DNA from: Eledone cirrhosa
Taxonomy: Eukaryota
Length of the DNA stretch: 64,000 bases
Assembly (NCBI GenBank): GCA_964016885.1
Contig: OZ024742.1
Coordinates: 310,372,001-310,436,000 of the forward strand
Reading direction: 5' to 3'
Translations under genes and position numbers: made by a program
The notes under the pieces: generated by a model
What the model saw: the letters and a program-made list of their open reading frames with translations, nothing else
The model's database searches: none
What the model was told of the DNA's origin: nothing
Shown: positions 11,701-26,199 of the stretch, piece by piece
How positions within the stretch are numbered: the stretch's first letter is position 1
Layout of the letters: every line of letters begins with the position of its first letter

Positions 11701-13434
11701 ACACGAAAGTTTCATTGTCAGAGCTAAGGCGCGTGCTCTGAGAAACGAGGGAACCAAAGCTGTTCGATGGGCCCGCGTGGCAGAGGCGCAGCTTGGTAAT
11801 AAAACCACGATTCGGTCTTTGACGGACCGAGACGGGCACGAGCTGAGCGATTCCAAGAGGATGTGTGAGGCCTTTCGGCAACACTTTGCTCGGTTGTTGC
11901 AGGGCATCCCGCTCGAACCGGGACGCGGAAAGGCTGTGTCGGCTTATGCGGACGACATCACCGTGATGGTGTCGGACACCTCAGAAATCGAGGTGGTCGG
12001 CAACTTATTGGAGGAATATGAAAGGTTGACGGGAGCAAAACTTAAGCCGGAAAAGTCAGTGGGCTTGCAACTCGGCACCTGGAGAGGCAAGTCCATACCG
12101 TCCAACAGCGTCGTTAGGCGCTGGACGGACGGACCGGTAAAGTTGCTAGGGGTTTGGTTCTGGCCAGCCCTCCAGGTGGATAAGAATTGGGACGAGGTGA
12201 CGGGCAGGGTAGTCAGTCTCACCCAGAAATGGGCTGGCATGAAGCTATCACTGAAAGGTCGAGCGGAGGTGGCGAACGCGTACATCGCGTCCATCATCTA
12301 CTACCGTCTGACTGTCGTCCCTTGCCCCCGTTTGCGCCTCGCCATCTTGGAGCGGCTCCTCTTCAAATTCTTGTGGAGGGGTCAGGTTCCGCTGGTGAGG
12401 CGGTCCATCTGCTGCCAGCACCCTCTACGTGGAGGGCTGGGCATGCCGTGGCTAATAATGCGCAGGCATGCGCTGAGGCTGCGGCATCTCCAGATCTTCT
12501 GCCTAAACGGTGAACAGGTGTGGTCGCCGTTTGTCAGACGGGCCTTTTCGCAGCTCGTTTCTTTGACTGAGTTGCAGACCTGGGTCAAGAAGAGACCGAG
12601 TCTGGGTGACTGGCATCTGGAATGTTGCCAGGCACTCACTGCCCTCTACCAGGTGGGAAATGCGGTCAGTGGAACTTCCACTCTCGAGTTCTATAGAGGA
12701 TTATTGGTAGGCAAGTGCGACGATGCACTCGGATAGGCTCTGGGAGTCAACGAAGTCGAACTAACCAGTCTGAGATGCGCGCAGAGCGACGAAACCGTTC
12801 TTCACGCACTCGTCCAGTGTCCGTGCATTACTGACTTGTGGAGTTATGTTGAACAGCTGTTGTCGCGTGTAGAACGGATCCGGCTATCGGCCGAGTCCAT
12901 AGTGAAGATCGACCCGCCGCCTTCTTTTGGTCAGGAAGGGCAGGCAATTTTCCTCTGTCTGGTAGCATTAGCGAAAGAGGTTGTATGGTGGACGAGGTTG
13001 AAAGGACTGAAGACAGACACTTTTCTCTTCGGCCAATCCTTCATCAACTTTTTCAAGTTTCACTTGGAAAGGAAGGTGAGGGTGGAGAGAGAAGTGCTGC
13101 CCCCCAGTACATTTGCTGAAAGGTGGGTGAATGTGGCGAGAATGGCTCGTGTGAGTGGGCCTACTCTGGTCATGCGGCTGTAGGTAGGTAAATTTGAAGA
13201 GGAGAGGGTGCCCTTCCAGGATGCTCTCGAAGCGTCGGGTCGTTCAGGACTGGTGGGGTACCTGAGCGAAACCTAGGTGGTCATCCCCCCTATTGGGGAA
13301 CTTTTTCTTGTAATTTTCTTGTTACTTTATTATTGCTATTCATATTGTTTACTCGATTTTTCTGTAAAACCCCACTGTCCCAGTCTAATGTATTGTCCCC
13401 TATATGTCGGCCCTTGTGGCCAATAAATGAAATC
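8798..13434 (+). mobile_element. Tx1-clade element, copy C; both termini present, several internal deletions
   Basis: Frameshifted ORF1 ~8974-10975 (CFVCGKKTHLRAFC). ORF2 from ATG 11007 to 13183 with deletions near 11045, 11895 and 12770. (ATT)n on both flanks. Confidence 0.88.
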
Positions 13435-13476
13435 ATTATTATTATTATTATGATTATTATTATTATTATTATTATT

Positions 13477-16220
13477 GGCGACCTACGTAGTAAATCGTAT
13501 CATCGTGAGCTCCGCAAAGGTTTGTTATTTTTATTTGTTTAAAATTGTCATTTATGGAAAATTTTTATTGTTAACTATATAAGTGCACATACATTGTTAT
13601 CTGAAAAGGACACCCAAAATGATTGGGGCCTTGAGCCCAAAATTTAAACTTTTATAATCATCAAACAAAAATTTTTCTTTGAAAAATCATGGACGACTCA
13701 GAGTCACTCCTTCCTCACAAACTAACACCTCACACCGACACCACCATTGTAAATATTACTACGTTTGCCAACACTAAAAATATAAGCAGTAGCAATATTA
13801 TTGTAAAATGTTTTATTTCTTGTTCAATTCTTTCAAGTTTTATCTTAGTTTCTTGTCCTATTCTTTTAAATTTTCATTTTAGTTTCTTGTCCTGTATTTT
13901 TAAAGGTTTATATTCCAACAATATTATTTTTTTTGCTGTACGCATTTTTCTATCTGGTATTTTAAATTTGTCTCTGGCAGACATTCATTTCCCGCCACTA
14001 CCTATGACTGTAGGTGCTAAAGCCCCCCCCCCCCCCCCGCGAGACAACAGAAACAAAAGAAAAAAATAAATTAACCCGTGATATCGAAATGAATTCAACC
14101 AAAATGAACTCTTCCACACCGAACACCACAGACGCCACCACCACCACCACAACTGAAACTAAATTTAACAATAACAAAAATAACGATAACAACAACAACA
14201 ACAATGAAATTAAGTAAACCACCCTGAGTTTTGCCAGATTAGTGGTCTGGTGGGAGAGGCGCAGACGTGCGCTATTCCCGACAGATCATTCCACGACAAC
14301 CTCCACATCATGCGATACATCGTAGAGAGGGTAGCTAGGGAACCTGGCACGGGTGGGTCCTTGATCAATTTAGATCAGTCGAAAGCTTTCGATTAGGTCG
14401 ATCATCGTTACCTAGCGGCAGTCCTGAGAGCGGCTGGCTTTGGGCCCGTCTTCAGAGGCTGGATCGCTGCCATGCACAGCGACATCTGCTCTGTGGTGAG
14501 AGTGAACGGTCACCTTTCAGAACCGTTCAACATCATGCGCTCGGTCCGCCAAGGATGTCCCCTCTCGTCCCTCTTGTATGTATTGACTCTCGAGCCATTA
14601 CTTCACAAACTGGAGACGTTGAGGGGGGTCCCGCGCGAACTAGGATGCGGAAGATCTGTGTCAGCATATGCGGACGATGTCACCGTAGTGGTGTCGAACG
14701 CCAAACACATCGAGGCGATCGGCACTACACTAAGAGAATACGAAGCGGTGACAGGAGCAATGATCAACCAGGAAAAGTCAGTGGGCCTGCAGCTCGGCAC
14801 CTGGAGAGGCAGGTCCATGCCGTCCAATAGCGTCGTCGAGCGCTGAACGGACGGACCGGTTAAATTGCTAGGGGTCTGGTTCGGTCCGGACCTCCAGACG
14901 GACAAAAACTGGGACGAGGTAGCTTCTCTCACCCAGAAATGGGCGGAGAGGAAGCTATCCCTGAAAGGTCGAGCGGAGGTGGCTAACGCGTACATCGCGT
15001 CCGTCATCTACTACCGCCTGACCGTCGTACCTTGTCCTAAGCCCCGCCTGACTGCGATGGAGCGTTTGCTCTTTCGCTTTTTGTGGAAGGGACGCGCTCC
15101 GATGGTCAGGATGTCCATCTGCTGTCAACACCCGCTACGTGGAGGGCTGGGCATGCCGTGGCCGATGATGCGCAGACGATGATCAGGTGTGGTCGCCGTT
15201 TCTAGACACGTCTTTCCCTAGCTCGTCTCCTTGACGGAGCTGCAGTCCTGGGTCAAGCGAAGACCGAGAGGGAGCGCTTGGAGACTGGAATGTCTTCAGG
15301 CGCTCACAGCCCTCGACCAATCAGGCAATGTGATCGGTGGAAACTCCACCTTGGCGTTCTATAGAGGATTAGTGGAGGGGAAGAGCGATGACGTACTTGG
15401 AGAAACTCTAGGCGTCGACGAAAATCAACTAGCCAATCTCTTCGGAAGGACTTTCGGGCCGGGGCCTATGGACAACTTCCAGAAATCCCTGGCCTGGCAG
15501 TGCTACCGAGGAGCTTTGCCAGTTCGGGATAAACTCTACAGGCATGGAGGTGCCGTCAGCCGGGCATGTCCGAGATGCGCGCAGGGCGACGAAACCGTCC
15601 TGCACGCACTCGTCCAGTGTCCGAGCATTGCTGACTTGTGGGTTTATGTCGAACACCTGCTGTCGCGTTTAGGACGGATCCGGCTATCATCTGAGTCCAT
15701 CGTGAGGATTGCCCCGCCCTCCTCCTTTAGCCGGGAAGGGCAGGCAGTTTTTATCTGTCTGGTGGCCATGGCGAAAGAGATAGTATGGTGGACACGTTTG
15801 AAAGGGCTGAAGACGAGCACTTACCTCTTCGGTGATGCCCTGATTAACTTTTTCAAATTTCATTTGAAAAGGAAAATCAGGGTAGAGAGGGAAGTGCTCT
15901 CTTCCCAGCATTTTGTTGAAAGATGGGTGAGAGAAGCAAATATGGCCCGAGTGAATGGGCATACTCTGAGTATGTGTCTGTAAATTAAAGGTGGAAAACT
16001 GGGAGAGGGCACTTGCCCTGGTGGTCAGGGTCACTGTGGCCTTTTTAATGGGCTTTCTCCACAAATGTCCCTCCGAAGTCTCCCCCCTATTGGGGAATTT
16101 TTCATTGTTATTTTTGTATTACATCCTCTGTTTTTTTACACGCAGAAATGCCCATTTGTACCGTCCTGTATTGTCCTTAATGTCTACTTTATGTAAACCC
16201 TTGTGGTTAATAAAGAAAGC
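13477..16220 (+). mobile_element. Tx1-clade element, copy D; 5' UTR and ORF1 start joined at ~14240 to the RT half
   Basis: RT and zinc-knuckle ORFs 14472-15983 are nearly identical to the reverse complement of 26872-28660; flanked by (ATT)n. Confidence 0.88.
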
Positions 16221-16235
16221 ATTATTATTATAATT

Positions 16236-16366
16236 ATATATCTACATTGTTAAATTAGTCTTGCCATTGTACACTTTTACTCGACCTTATTGTAAACCCC
16301 CACCGTCCCTGTCTTTGTATTGTCCCCTACATGTCGGCCCTTGTGGCTAATAAATGAAATGAAATC
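16236..16366 (+). mobile_element. 3'-UTR-only fragment of a copy-C-like Tx1 element
   Basis: TGTAAACCCC..TGTATTGTCCCCTACATGTCGGCCCTTGTGGCTAATAAATGAAAT matches 13360-13434. Confidence 0.8.
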
Positions 16367-16392
16367 ATAATTACTATTATCATCATTATAAG

Positions 16393-16575
16393 CAATGGAT
16401 TGGCAGTATCGGTAGAGGGTCGGACGCCATTCTTTGCAGCAAAGAGCTACGGTCCTTTATGATCTGAGTTCAAATCCCGCCGAGGTTAACTTTGCCTTTC
16501 ATCATTACGGGGTCGATAAAATAAGGTACCAGTAATACACTGGGTAATTGCTGGCCTTGTGCCAAACAGTAGAAA
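16393..16575 (+). mobile_element. tRNA-derived SINE (cephalopod-type)
   Basis: A-box-like TGGCAGTATCGG, B-box GAGTTCAAATCC, body TTTGCCTTTCATC..GGGGTCGATAAAATAA..GCTGGCCTTGTGCC. Many copies in the window. Confidence 0.8.
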
Positions 16576-17344
16576 CAATTATTAAAAGTGAGATGTAAAT
16601 ACAGTTTAATAGAAAAAAAAAGAGAAAATTTAGTTTAAGAAGAATGGAATGTAAAATAGGAAAATATAAAGAAAAAAGACAAAAAGTAAAAAAAAAACGG
16701 CAAAGGTAGGGAATATCTCCTGTGGCGATTTCTTTCAGAGAATGTGATGTGACATGAGTGATACTTGGCTCTTATTTCTAACAGGTCGGAGGAACATGAA
16801 GGGGTGTTCTAGTTGGAAGTGGTCTAGTTCGATAAATGTTGATATTAATGGAGTGGGTGTTTTACGAGATTATTAATCATATTTATAATAGCTGTGATAA
16901 TAATGTTGTTTATACCTAAATCAGCACAGATTATGTATGTTTAATATCTATCGGATTCGGAGACGTGTGTTTCAATTTCTCGAGCAGTGGCACAACCAGC
17001 TCATATAATTAACGGACCAATGGCTAAGCATTTCATAGCATTGTATCCATAACTTACTTCTGAGTGAGATTTAGCTTGACACAATGTATACCAAGGCTGA
17101 CCCCTTAAATCTGTTTTGCCAACTGAATAGGCTGGACCATCACGCGATATTTGAGGCAAAATAAAACCACAGTGGAACACAAAGTTTTGATCTAGACCAT
17201 TGCTGATCGATCTGGATCATGTCGTGTGTCAATATGGTTATGCTATCCTACATAGCTTCTATTTTCTAATTTCGGTGAAAGCTTCTATTTTCTAATTTCA
17301 AACTTGCTCGCTGTTTCAAAACTTACTTACTTGATATATATATG

Positions 17345-17380
<36 letters not shown>

Positions 17381-17383
17381 AAG

Positions 17384-17426
<43 letters not shown>

Positions 17427-17844
17427 CACATCTTTCTCTCTGTTAAATCATTTCACATTTCTCCTTGCTCTAAAAGGTGCATGATTTATATATATTTATA
17501 CATACATACACACACATAAGTTCTCTTATCGAGTGGTCTTGCTAGTTGCTCGCACATTGCTTGCACATTGCTCGGTTTGTTTGTTTTTTGGTGTTTTGTT
17601 ACAGTTTTCTCTTTTCTTCCCCTTTGCTTTCTTTCCTCCTTCCTTCGTTTTCCCTATAACTTATCTAGTTATTGACGCCCTGTGGTGAGGTATCTTTTCT
17701 TTAAAGCGTAGAAATATCCGAGACCCCAGTAGACAACTGATGAGGAACTCCCCTCCCCCCGTTCTTGCTTTCTTCATATTCCCACTACATTTTAAGTTAC
17801 CTTAAATAGCAACTACATAGCCATTTCTATTCTCCATATATTTC

Positions 17845-17929
<85 letters not shown>

Positions 17930-18944
17930 GACTGTGGATGTATATTTAATCTTCGGTTAGGGTTAGAGCTCGGCAACTTTTGCTCTGTAATGAAATCAAT
18001 TTCGTCAGTCGATGCTCATAAGCGTTTTGCTTATTTTCATTTCAGAATCCAAGACGGAGTAAGCTTCTCTGACGAAAGTTAAAGAACCAGAAACGGTGCC
18101 GCTTGAATGCTCTCCCTTATCTAATTGCTTCAACCAGTAGTGGTTAATGACTCCTTCTATAATTTCATAGCGAGTCCAAAAAATGTTTATTTACATAAAC
18201 ATTTCGTGTATATTTGAATATACAACGCCAGTCACTTATCAATCACGCTATGTCAGAGAATCACTTCCTCTCAAGAACATCTGAAATTCTTACAGAATGT
18301 ATCATATAACACTGTCGCTTCCAGTTGTTAGTCACAGAGTCCCATTATGTTACTTAAAATTTAGAGTTAAATTAACAAAATGTACAATGACATGATATAC
18401 TAAACTGTGACCTTATGTTCACATACATTTGTTCAGACATAGGCATACATACATGGATAGTCGTATTTATATATGTTAAATGTGTATTAGATTAATGCCA
18501 GTACACATAAGCGCGGGCACACACAACCGTATACATAATATATATATATGTGTGCGTATGAGTGTGTGTGTGTATCTGTGAGTATGTGTGTGCCTGTGTG
18601 TGTGTCAGTATATATGCGCGTGTAATTGTGGGTTTCGTTACATGCATTTGTCATTTGTCTATCTAATTGTTGCGTATATATATAAACGTAAGCATTTCCA
18701 CTGAGAGAGCTGAATATTTCGTATCCAATGATTTACATACACACATATCTTCTTCCTCTTTATCCCGTAACTCCTGAGGGGTTTGTAGTGGCACCGTATT
18801 GATATACGGCGTTTCTAGGGCATTTTAAAACCTGGATGGACCCATCCCTCCAGGTCTGAATCCAGCATCTTTCTTCCAGAGAAGGATAGAGAGAATGAGG
18901 GATTGAAAAGGAGAAAGAGGTATAGAGGAAGAATCGACCGCATT

Positions 18945-19092
18945 ACTGTACTGGTACTTCTTTCCTCGAGTTTGAATAGATGAATGACAAAGTTGACTTC
19001 GGTGGGATTTGAACTCAGAGAGCAAAGAACCGAAACGAATACAGCAAACCATTATTTCTGATGTTCTAAAGACTCTGCCAATTCGCCACCTT
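18945..19092 (-). mobile_element. Degenerate SINE of the same family
   Basis: Reverse complement gives GGTGGCGAATTGGCAGAGTC..GAGTTCAAATCCCACCGAAGTCAACTTTG. Confidence 0.6.
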
Positions 19093-19339
19093 ATATACAT
19101 ATATTCAGGCGCATAAAAAATTCACAGATGCATAAGGGGAAATTTGCAATCCACAAAAAACGTTATGGTGGTCTGTTTCCGAAATAATTAATTTAAGAGA
19201 AATTTCGTAGAAGAGTCCATTAATTTGAAAATGAAGAATTCTATCTTTCGTCATTTGTTTTTCAACTGGAAGTTGAGAAGATAAAAAAGTTGCTTTAGTA
19301 TTTGTTCCGACAACGAGTGTTCCAGTTGTTTGCTCTTCG

Positions 19340-19760
19340 GGGCAGCCTGCTTGTGAATTAGCATGCAAGTGGCCGAGCATTGCACAGATAGGTGTACGCT
19401 TAACTTATTTCTCAGAGCGATTCAGCGTGACACAATATGTGGAAAAGAGAGCCACTTCGGTCACGAATGACCATAGGATTTGCATCTAGAAAGTTCCCCT
19501 CTGAAGCACAAGCCCGGGAAATTTGTTTTTGTGGAAGACCAGCAGTCACCAATACATAAACGTTCCCCTCTCCTCGTCACAGATGTCGTCAAAGGGAAAG
19601 TCAAAGGCCGATATAGTGACCTCACAGCTGAGTGAACTAGAGCAATGTCAAATAATATGTCTTGCTCAAGGACACAACGCATTGCACGGTCCGGGAATCG
19701 TAGTCATAACGTAACTGTTGTGAATGCAACTCTCTAATCACAAAGCTACATACCTTCTAT
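19340..19760. mobile_element. Degenerate SINE-like repeats of other families
   Basis: TGTCTTGCTCAAGGACACAACGC and CCGGGAATCG (minus-strand B-box-like) motifs; recognised by resemblance only. Confidence 0.45.
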
Positions 19761-20310
19761 GAGTTACAAGTAGAGCTATTTTTTCCCAGCTTTTGTAGAA
19801 AGCCGGAGCAAATACAGCGAAGCGTTTTATCCGACGTTGAAACGGACTTAGCCGCCTCTTGATTTTAATACATGTAATAGATGGCTAAAAGACAAAAATC
19901 TTCCCCATTTATACACAAATGCACAGAAATACACGGAGTCATACAGATTTGACTTTAAAACAACGAATCGTATTTACGCTTCGTGGCACCGTACTAAGCT
20001 CCCCTGCTATTAACTTATTTCACTTTGTATACTAAGCTCTTCTGTCTCCTGACTTATCTCACATTACAACCACCATGTCGTTACAAGTATATAAACACGT
20101 ATTGTCAAATCTCCTTGCTTTTGATGTTTTCCCTACTTTCCTACATTTTTGTTCTTCCCCTGTCTGTCATCTGACGAAGGACGGAGCCCGAAACGTTTTG
20201 GACTGATGTTTCCCTCACATCTGAGAAGTAAACAAATTTTCTCAATCCTTTCTCTATTCCATCTCGTTTTTGCTTCCATTTTCTGTTTCTTCTTTCACTA
20301 CATACATAAA

Positions 20311-20720
<410 letters not shown>

Positions 20721-20769
20721 ATTTATCATACATAAATAGATACATACACACACATGCATACATTCATAG

Positions 20770-20816
<47 letters not shown>

Positions 20817-21704
20817 GTGTGTGTATGTGCGTGTATGTGTGTATACATAGGTAGACATAAAGAGAGATAAAACAAACATCTCTTATCTGATAAAGAGAGT
20901 CTAAGATCCTTGACTTCATTGATGGTTTATGTAAGCACTTCAGTTTGATATTGGTAACACACTAATATAGATCAGCTATTTGCGTCGTAGTAAATGAAGC
21001 GGCAATTAGCGACAAATCAACAAAATAATAGAAATGCGAGTAATACTGAAATAAACGTATACATGAAATACAAAACAAAGGACAAACAGATAGTGAGTAA
21101 TACAGAAAAATCGAAAATCAACAAGAATGAACAGAAAATGTTAGAGAAAAAAATCCAAACGAATACAGGAATGAATGAAAAAGTGAGAAAAGAAGATATA
21201 AACGACAAAAAACAACAACAAAACAAACAAAAAATAACAAAACAAAACAAAATAACAGGAAGGTAGAGGGACAGTGGGTTTGGGAGATAGAAGTTAAGGG
21301 CATTGGCTATGCTTCTCTTTGTTTCATTCATGTGTTTATAATTAAGGGGCCACTTCAGATTCATTAGCATTTTAACTGGAGTGCCTAGATCGACGACTAC
21401 ATGAGATAAATGTGGTCGATGAAATATCAGAGGGCATTTTATGATATATATTTCTCTCTTGATATATGCATGGTCAAATATAACCGAATGTGTATCAGTG
21501 TGTGTGTGTGTGTGTGACAGTGTGTGTGTCGGTGTGTGTCCACGTCAGAGTGTGTGTCGGTGTGTGAGAGTTTATTTATCTAACTATCTAGCTATCTCAC
21601 TAAATATATATCATATATATAATAATATATAATATATATATGATGCATATATATATATAAATATATGTATATATATATATATACATATATATATACATAT
21701 ACAT

Positions 21705-21745
<41 letters not shown>

Positions 21746-21750
21746 CATAC

Positions 21751-21798
<48 letters not shown>

Positions 21799-21867
21799 TA
21801 TGTACGTAATAATATATAACATATAAATATATATTATATATGTAATAATATATAACATATATATGAT

Positions 21868-21939
<72 letters not shown>

Positions 21940-21944
21940 TTGTG

Positions 21945-21982
<38 letters not shown>

Positions 21983-22043
21983 AAGTTTGGGTTCGAAATA
22001 AATCTTTTGTGACATCAGTCCTGGAACTTTTCTGACACACCTC

Positions 22044-22074
<31 letters not shown>

Positions 22075-22086
22075 TATATATATATA

Positions 22087-22946
<860 letters not shown>

Positions 22947-23444
22947 TATAAGGAAAAAAGACGAAATCGAAAATTTTTTGAGTGATGTGTATGAGTGTGT
23001 ATCAATGTGTGTACGTCTATGTTGATTATCATTTCATGTGAGGGCAATGTACTTAAATGTAAAGAATGGGTAGAAGAAGGGAGAGACGGAAGTTAAACTG
23101 ATAGATTATCAATGAAATCCGTTCTGTTTGTAAACAACCATTGCGAATATTAAAAAAAATAGTCAACAAACTAAAATCCAAATAAGTACTTAGGAATGTA
23201 TGTATGTTCTTCTGGTTTTATAATTTCACGTATGTATGTATGTATGTATGTGTGTATGTATGTATGTATGTATGTATGTATGCATGTATGTATGTATGTA
23301 TGTATGTATGTATGTATGTATGTATGTATGTATGTACGTACGTATACATGTATGTATGCATGTCTGTATGTTTCTCTTTCTCTTAATTTCGAGTACATTT
23401 TTGACCGGCCTCCTTCCTGGTGGCAAGATTTTAAAAGAAAAGAA

Positions 23445-23700
23445 AACGTCATCCTTTGAATAACAAAAATATTTTGCAAATTTTGAAGGTGCCAGCTATC
23501 GCAGACGTTTGTAGTCTATGAATTGGGGAGCTGCGCTCTTTGTCCACAAATCCAAGTTCAGTCATACTTTGTTCCAAGCGGGTTGGTATATAACCTGCAG
23601 CTCCAATAATGATAGGTATGAAGCTGAAAGTGTATTTTGTTTACTGGATCTGCAAACCTCTCATCAATGGTCCGTAGATGTTCTCCTGCTCCTGTATTTT
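23445..23700 (-). mobile_element. C-terminal fragment of an RLE-type non-LTR element (R4/NeSL-like)
   Basis: Manual minus-strand translation ENIYGPLMRGLQ..FSFIPIIIGAAGYIP resembles the PVVVGALG end of restriction-like endonuclease LINEs. Confidence 0.5.
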
Positions 23701-24150
23701 ACCTATGTATGTATGAATGTATGAATGTATGTATGTAACTTAACTTTGATAACTTTGATCGGTTTCGGCCATATCTAACTTAAAAGCTCCACCTGGCGAA
23801 GACTATCAAATAAGAATTTGGACACATGGTCTACTCAAGTAGAGAGATATTGTTTACGGAGACATATCCGGGTGTAGGGGGTTTACCTGGGATTTCTTGG
23901 AGGAATTTGTCCAAAGACATCTTCAACTGTATGTATGTATGTACGTGCGAATGTATGTATGTATTTATATAAATGAAAGAGGGGAAAAAAAACAAAACTT
24001 TCCGTTCATCAGCTACTCGGATTTTCGGTGGTAAACGAAATAATTGTTTATTTTCCCGGTCCCACTTCAATTTCGAATTTATTGACGTTACACAATCATT
24101 CTTCTGCGTGATTCTTTGACTCTCTCTCCCCACCCCTTCACTTTACACAC

Positions 24151-24181
<31 letters not shown>

Positions 24182-26199
24182 GTCCCCCAGAAGGACCAAA
24201 CGCTTAATAGGAGCACTAATCAGGATTTCGTCCAACGTCGTCGTGATGCAGGTGGGTGTAAGATCTCGCTAAACTAGCAGCTGCATAACGAAAAAGCCCC
24301 GACTTATTTTAGCAAAGAAAACTGATTGTCAAACATATGGCAGCTCATATGCTATTGAAAGATTCGATAGCTATCCACTATAAATATTCTACCGTATAAT
24401 ACCAGTCAATGTCATATGTATCAACATGTTTAGCGATTACCTTCGTCTTCAATGTCATTAATCGACCGAGAGACCTACCTCACTTTGATATTGCTCAGAT
24501 CTATCATAGATAGAAGGATTGAATTCCGCCGCCAAAGATTTTTAATTTATGTTGCATAATTTCTCTTTCAGATGAACCATTCTCCGATATCTTATCAATT
24601 CCTAGCATTGTAGTGAATCTTCTACCAAGACAGTTTTGAATAGCTACTACCATTCAATAGATAAACATTTCGTGACCAAGCAGTGAGAGTGCGGACATAT
24701 CTGTTTCGTTACCTTGTACAAGTTGTCCCTATGAGAATACATTCAAATTAAGTTTCCACTGAAACTTGTTGTAACCTCAATAAATATGGCTGCGGCAAAT
24801 AGTTTTTCTATCGCCCCGGCTCAATCAAAGACTTGCAATTAAATTGAATAGATGTAAGCTTTGTGGTATCTCGTCGAAGTGAATATTCTTTTTTTTAGTT
24901 GGAGACTTAGTCCGACATCCATTTTTAACATTTCCCCCCTGGTTTAACGGTTTCTAACGGATTCCATTATGTTGTAGGATTCAGGTCGGGTCTGGTCTCT
25001 AGTCGAAGGATCTCAAAACAATCTCAAACCTCACGAAACAAGATTGTTGTGGGCGTTGCCCATCCTCCTCTTACTAAGTCATCGCAAAAGAAATACTCGA
25101 GGTTTTCGTGGATAATCATTGAAACAATAATTTGGGAAATAATAAGTAAGGTCAATACTAAAAACGTCAACAAGATCATGTGATCATTGAGAGAGCAGCT
25201 GGTCACCAAGGAATCCTCAGCTGACATACTCAAAAAGACGTTTCTATTAGCAACCTATGTAGGCTTCACCATGACAAATCTACAATTGTTGCAACTAATT
25301 ACAAATTCTAGTTTATTGTCAGTTTTTTTTCTTTTCCATATTTTTAGAATATTTTTAGAAACATTATTATATTTTCTTTATATGTTTTTCATTGTTTTCT
25401 CAAATGTTTAGTAAATTTACTCATTTTTTGTTTATGTGGGGGACATATCTTTCCCATCCTCCCTTTCAAAACATATTCTTTACTCTCTGTTCTCCGCCCC
25501 CACCCCCACTCTCTCTCTTTCTATTTCTTTCTCTTTTAATTTATTTTAGTCCTCCTATGTTCTCATCTTTCACTATCTCTAGTTATCTTTTAATTTTTTC
25601 CAACACTCTCTTAATCACCCCTCTCTTCTCCTTATTTCCTCTCCTTTCTTCTCCCCTTCTCTCTTCCCCGTTCCATCCTCCCCCCTCTCTCTATTTCTAT
25701 CTCTCTATCTATCTATTTACATCTCTCTTTCACTGTCTTTCTCACGCCATCGGTATACTTTAGGTCATTCCTTACTTTAAGCATTGTGTCTTACAAGTAA
25801 TTACTTACAAACACGTAGAGCTGAAATATAAACAATCATAGTTATAAATAATTCCCTTTCCTTTATTCTTACTAACCTGCCCACCTCACTCAGACCCATG
25901 CCTCTGTTAAAAAAATTAAATTTTCCGTTTACATAAAACCCACGTTAATACACACTCGCAGAGAAATAATCTCACGCATTCACACCCACCCACACGCATG
26001 CACACACACACGCGCGCGCATGTACTCACACATAAATACATTCATAAAAGAAAAAAATAAATAGTTACACACATATTCTAATGTATACACACCCAAACAC
26101 ACACTCGTATACATATATAACAGTGAGTATGTTCTGTTATTAATTCTGGCAATATTATTACAACAATATGATCCTCCCCAAGTATATGTATATATATAT

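Noticed and set aside
16393-16575. tRNA gene
   Set aside because: A- and B-box-like motifs belong to a multi-copy SINE head; no cloverleaf.
24400-24900. Faint resemblance to a Helitron/PIF1 helicase C-terminus (IKFPLKL..SIN)
   Set aside because: Too degenerate to support by eye; a translated HMM search would be needed.
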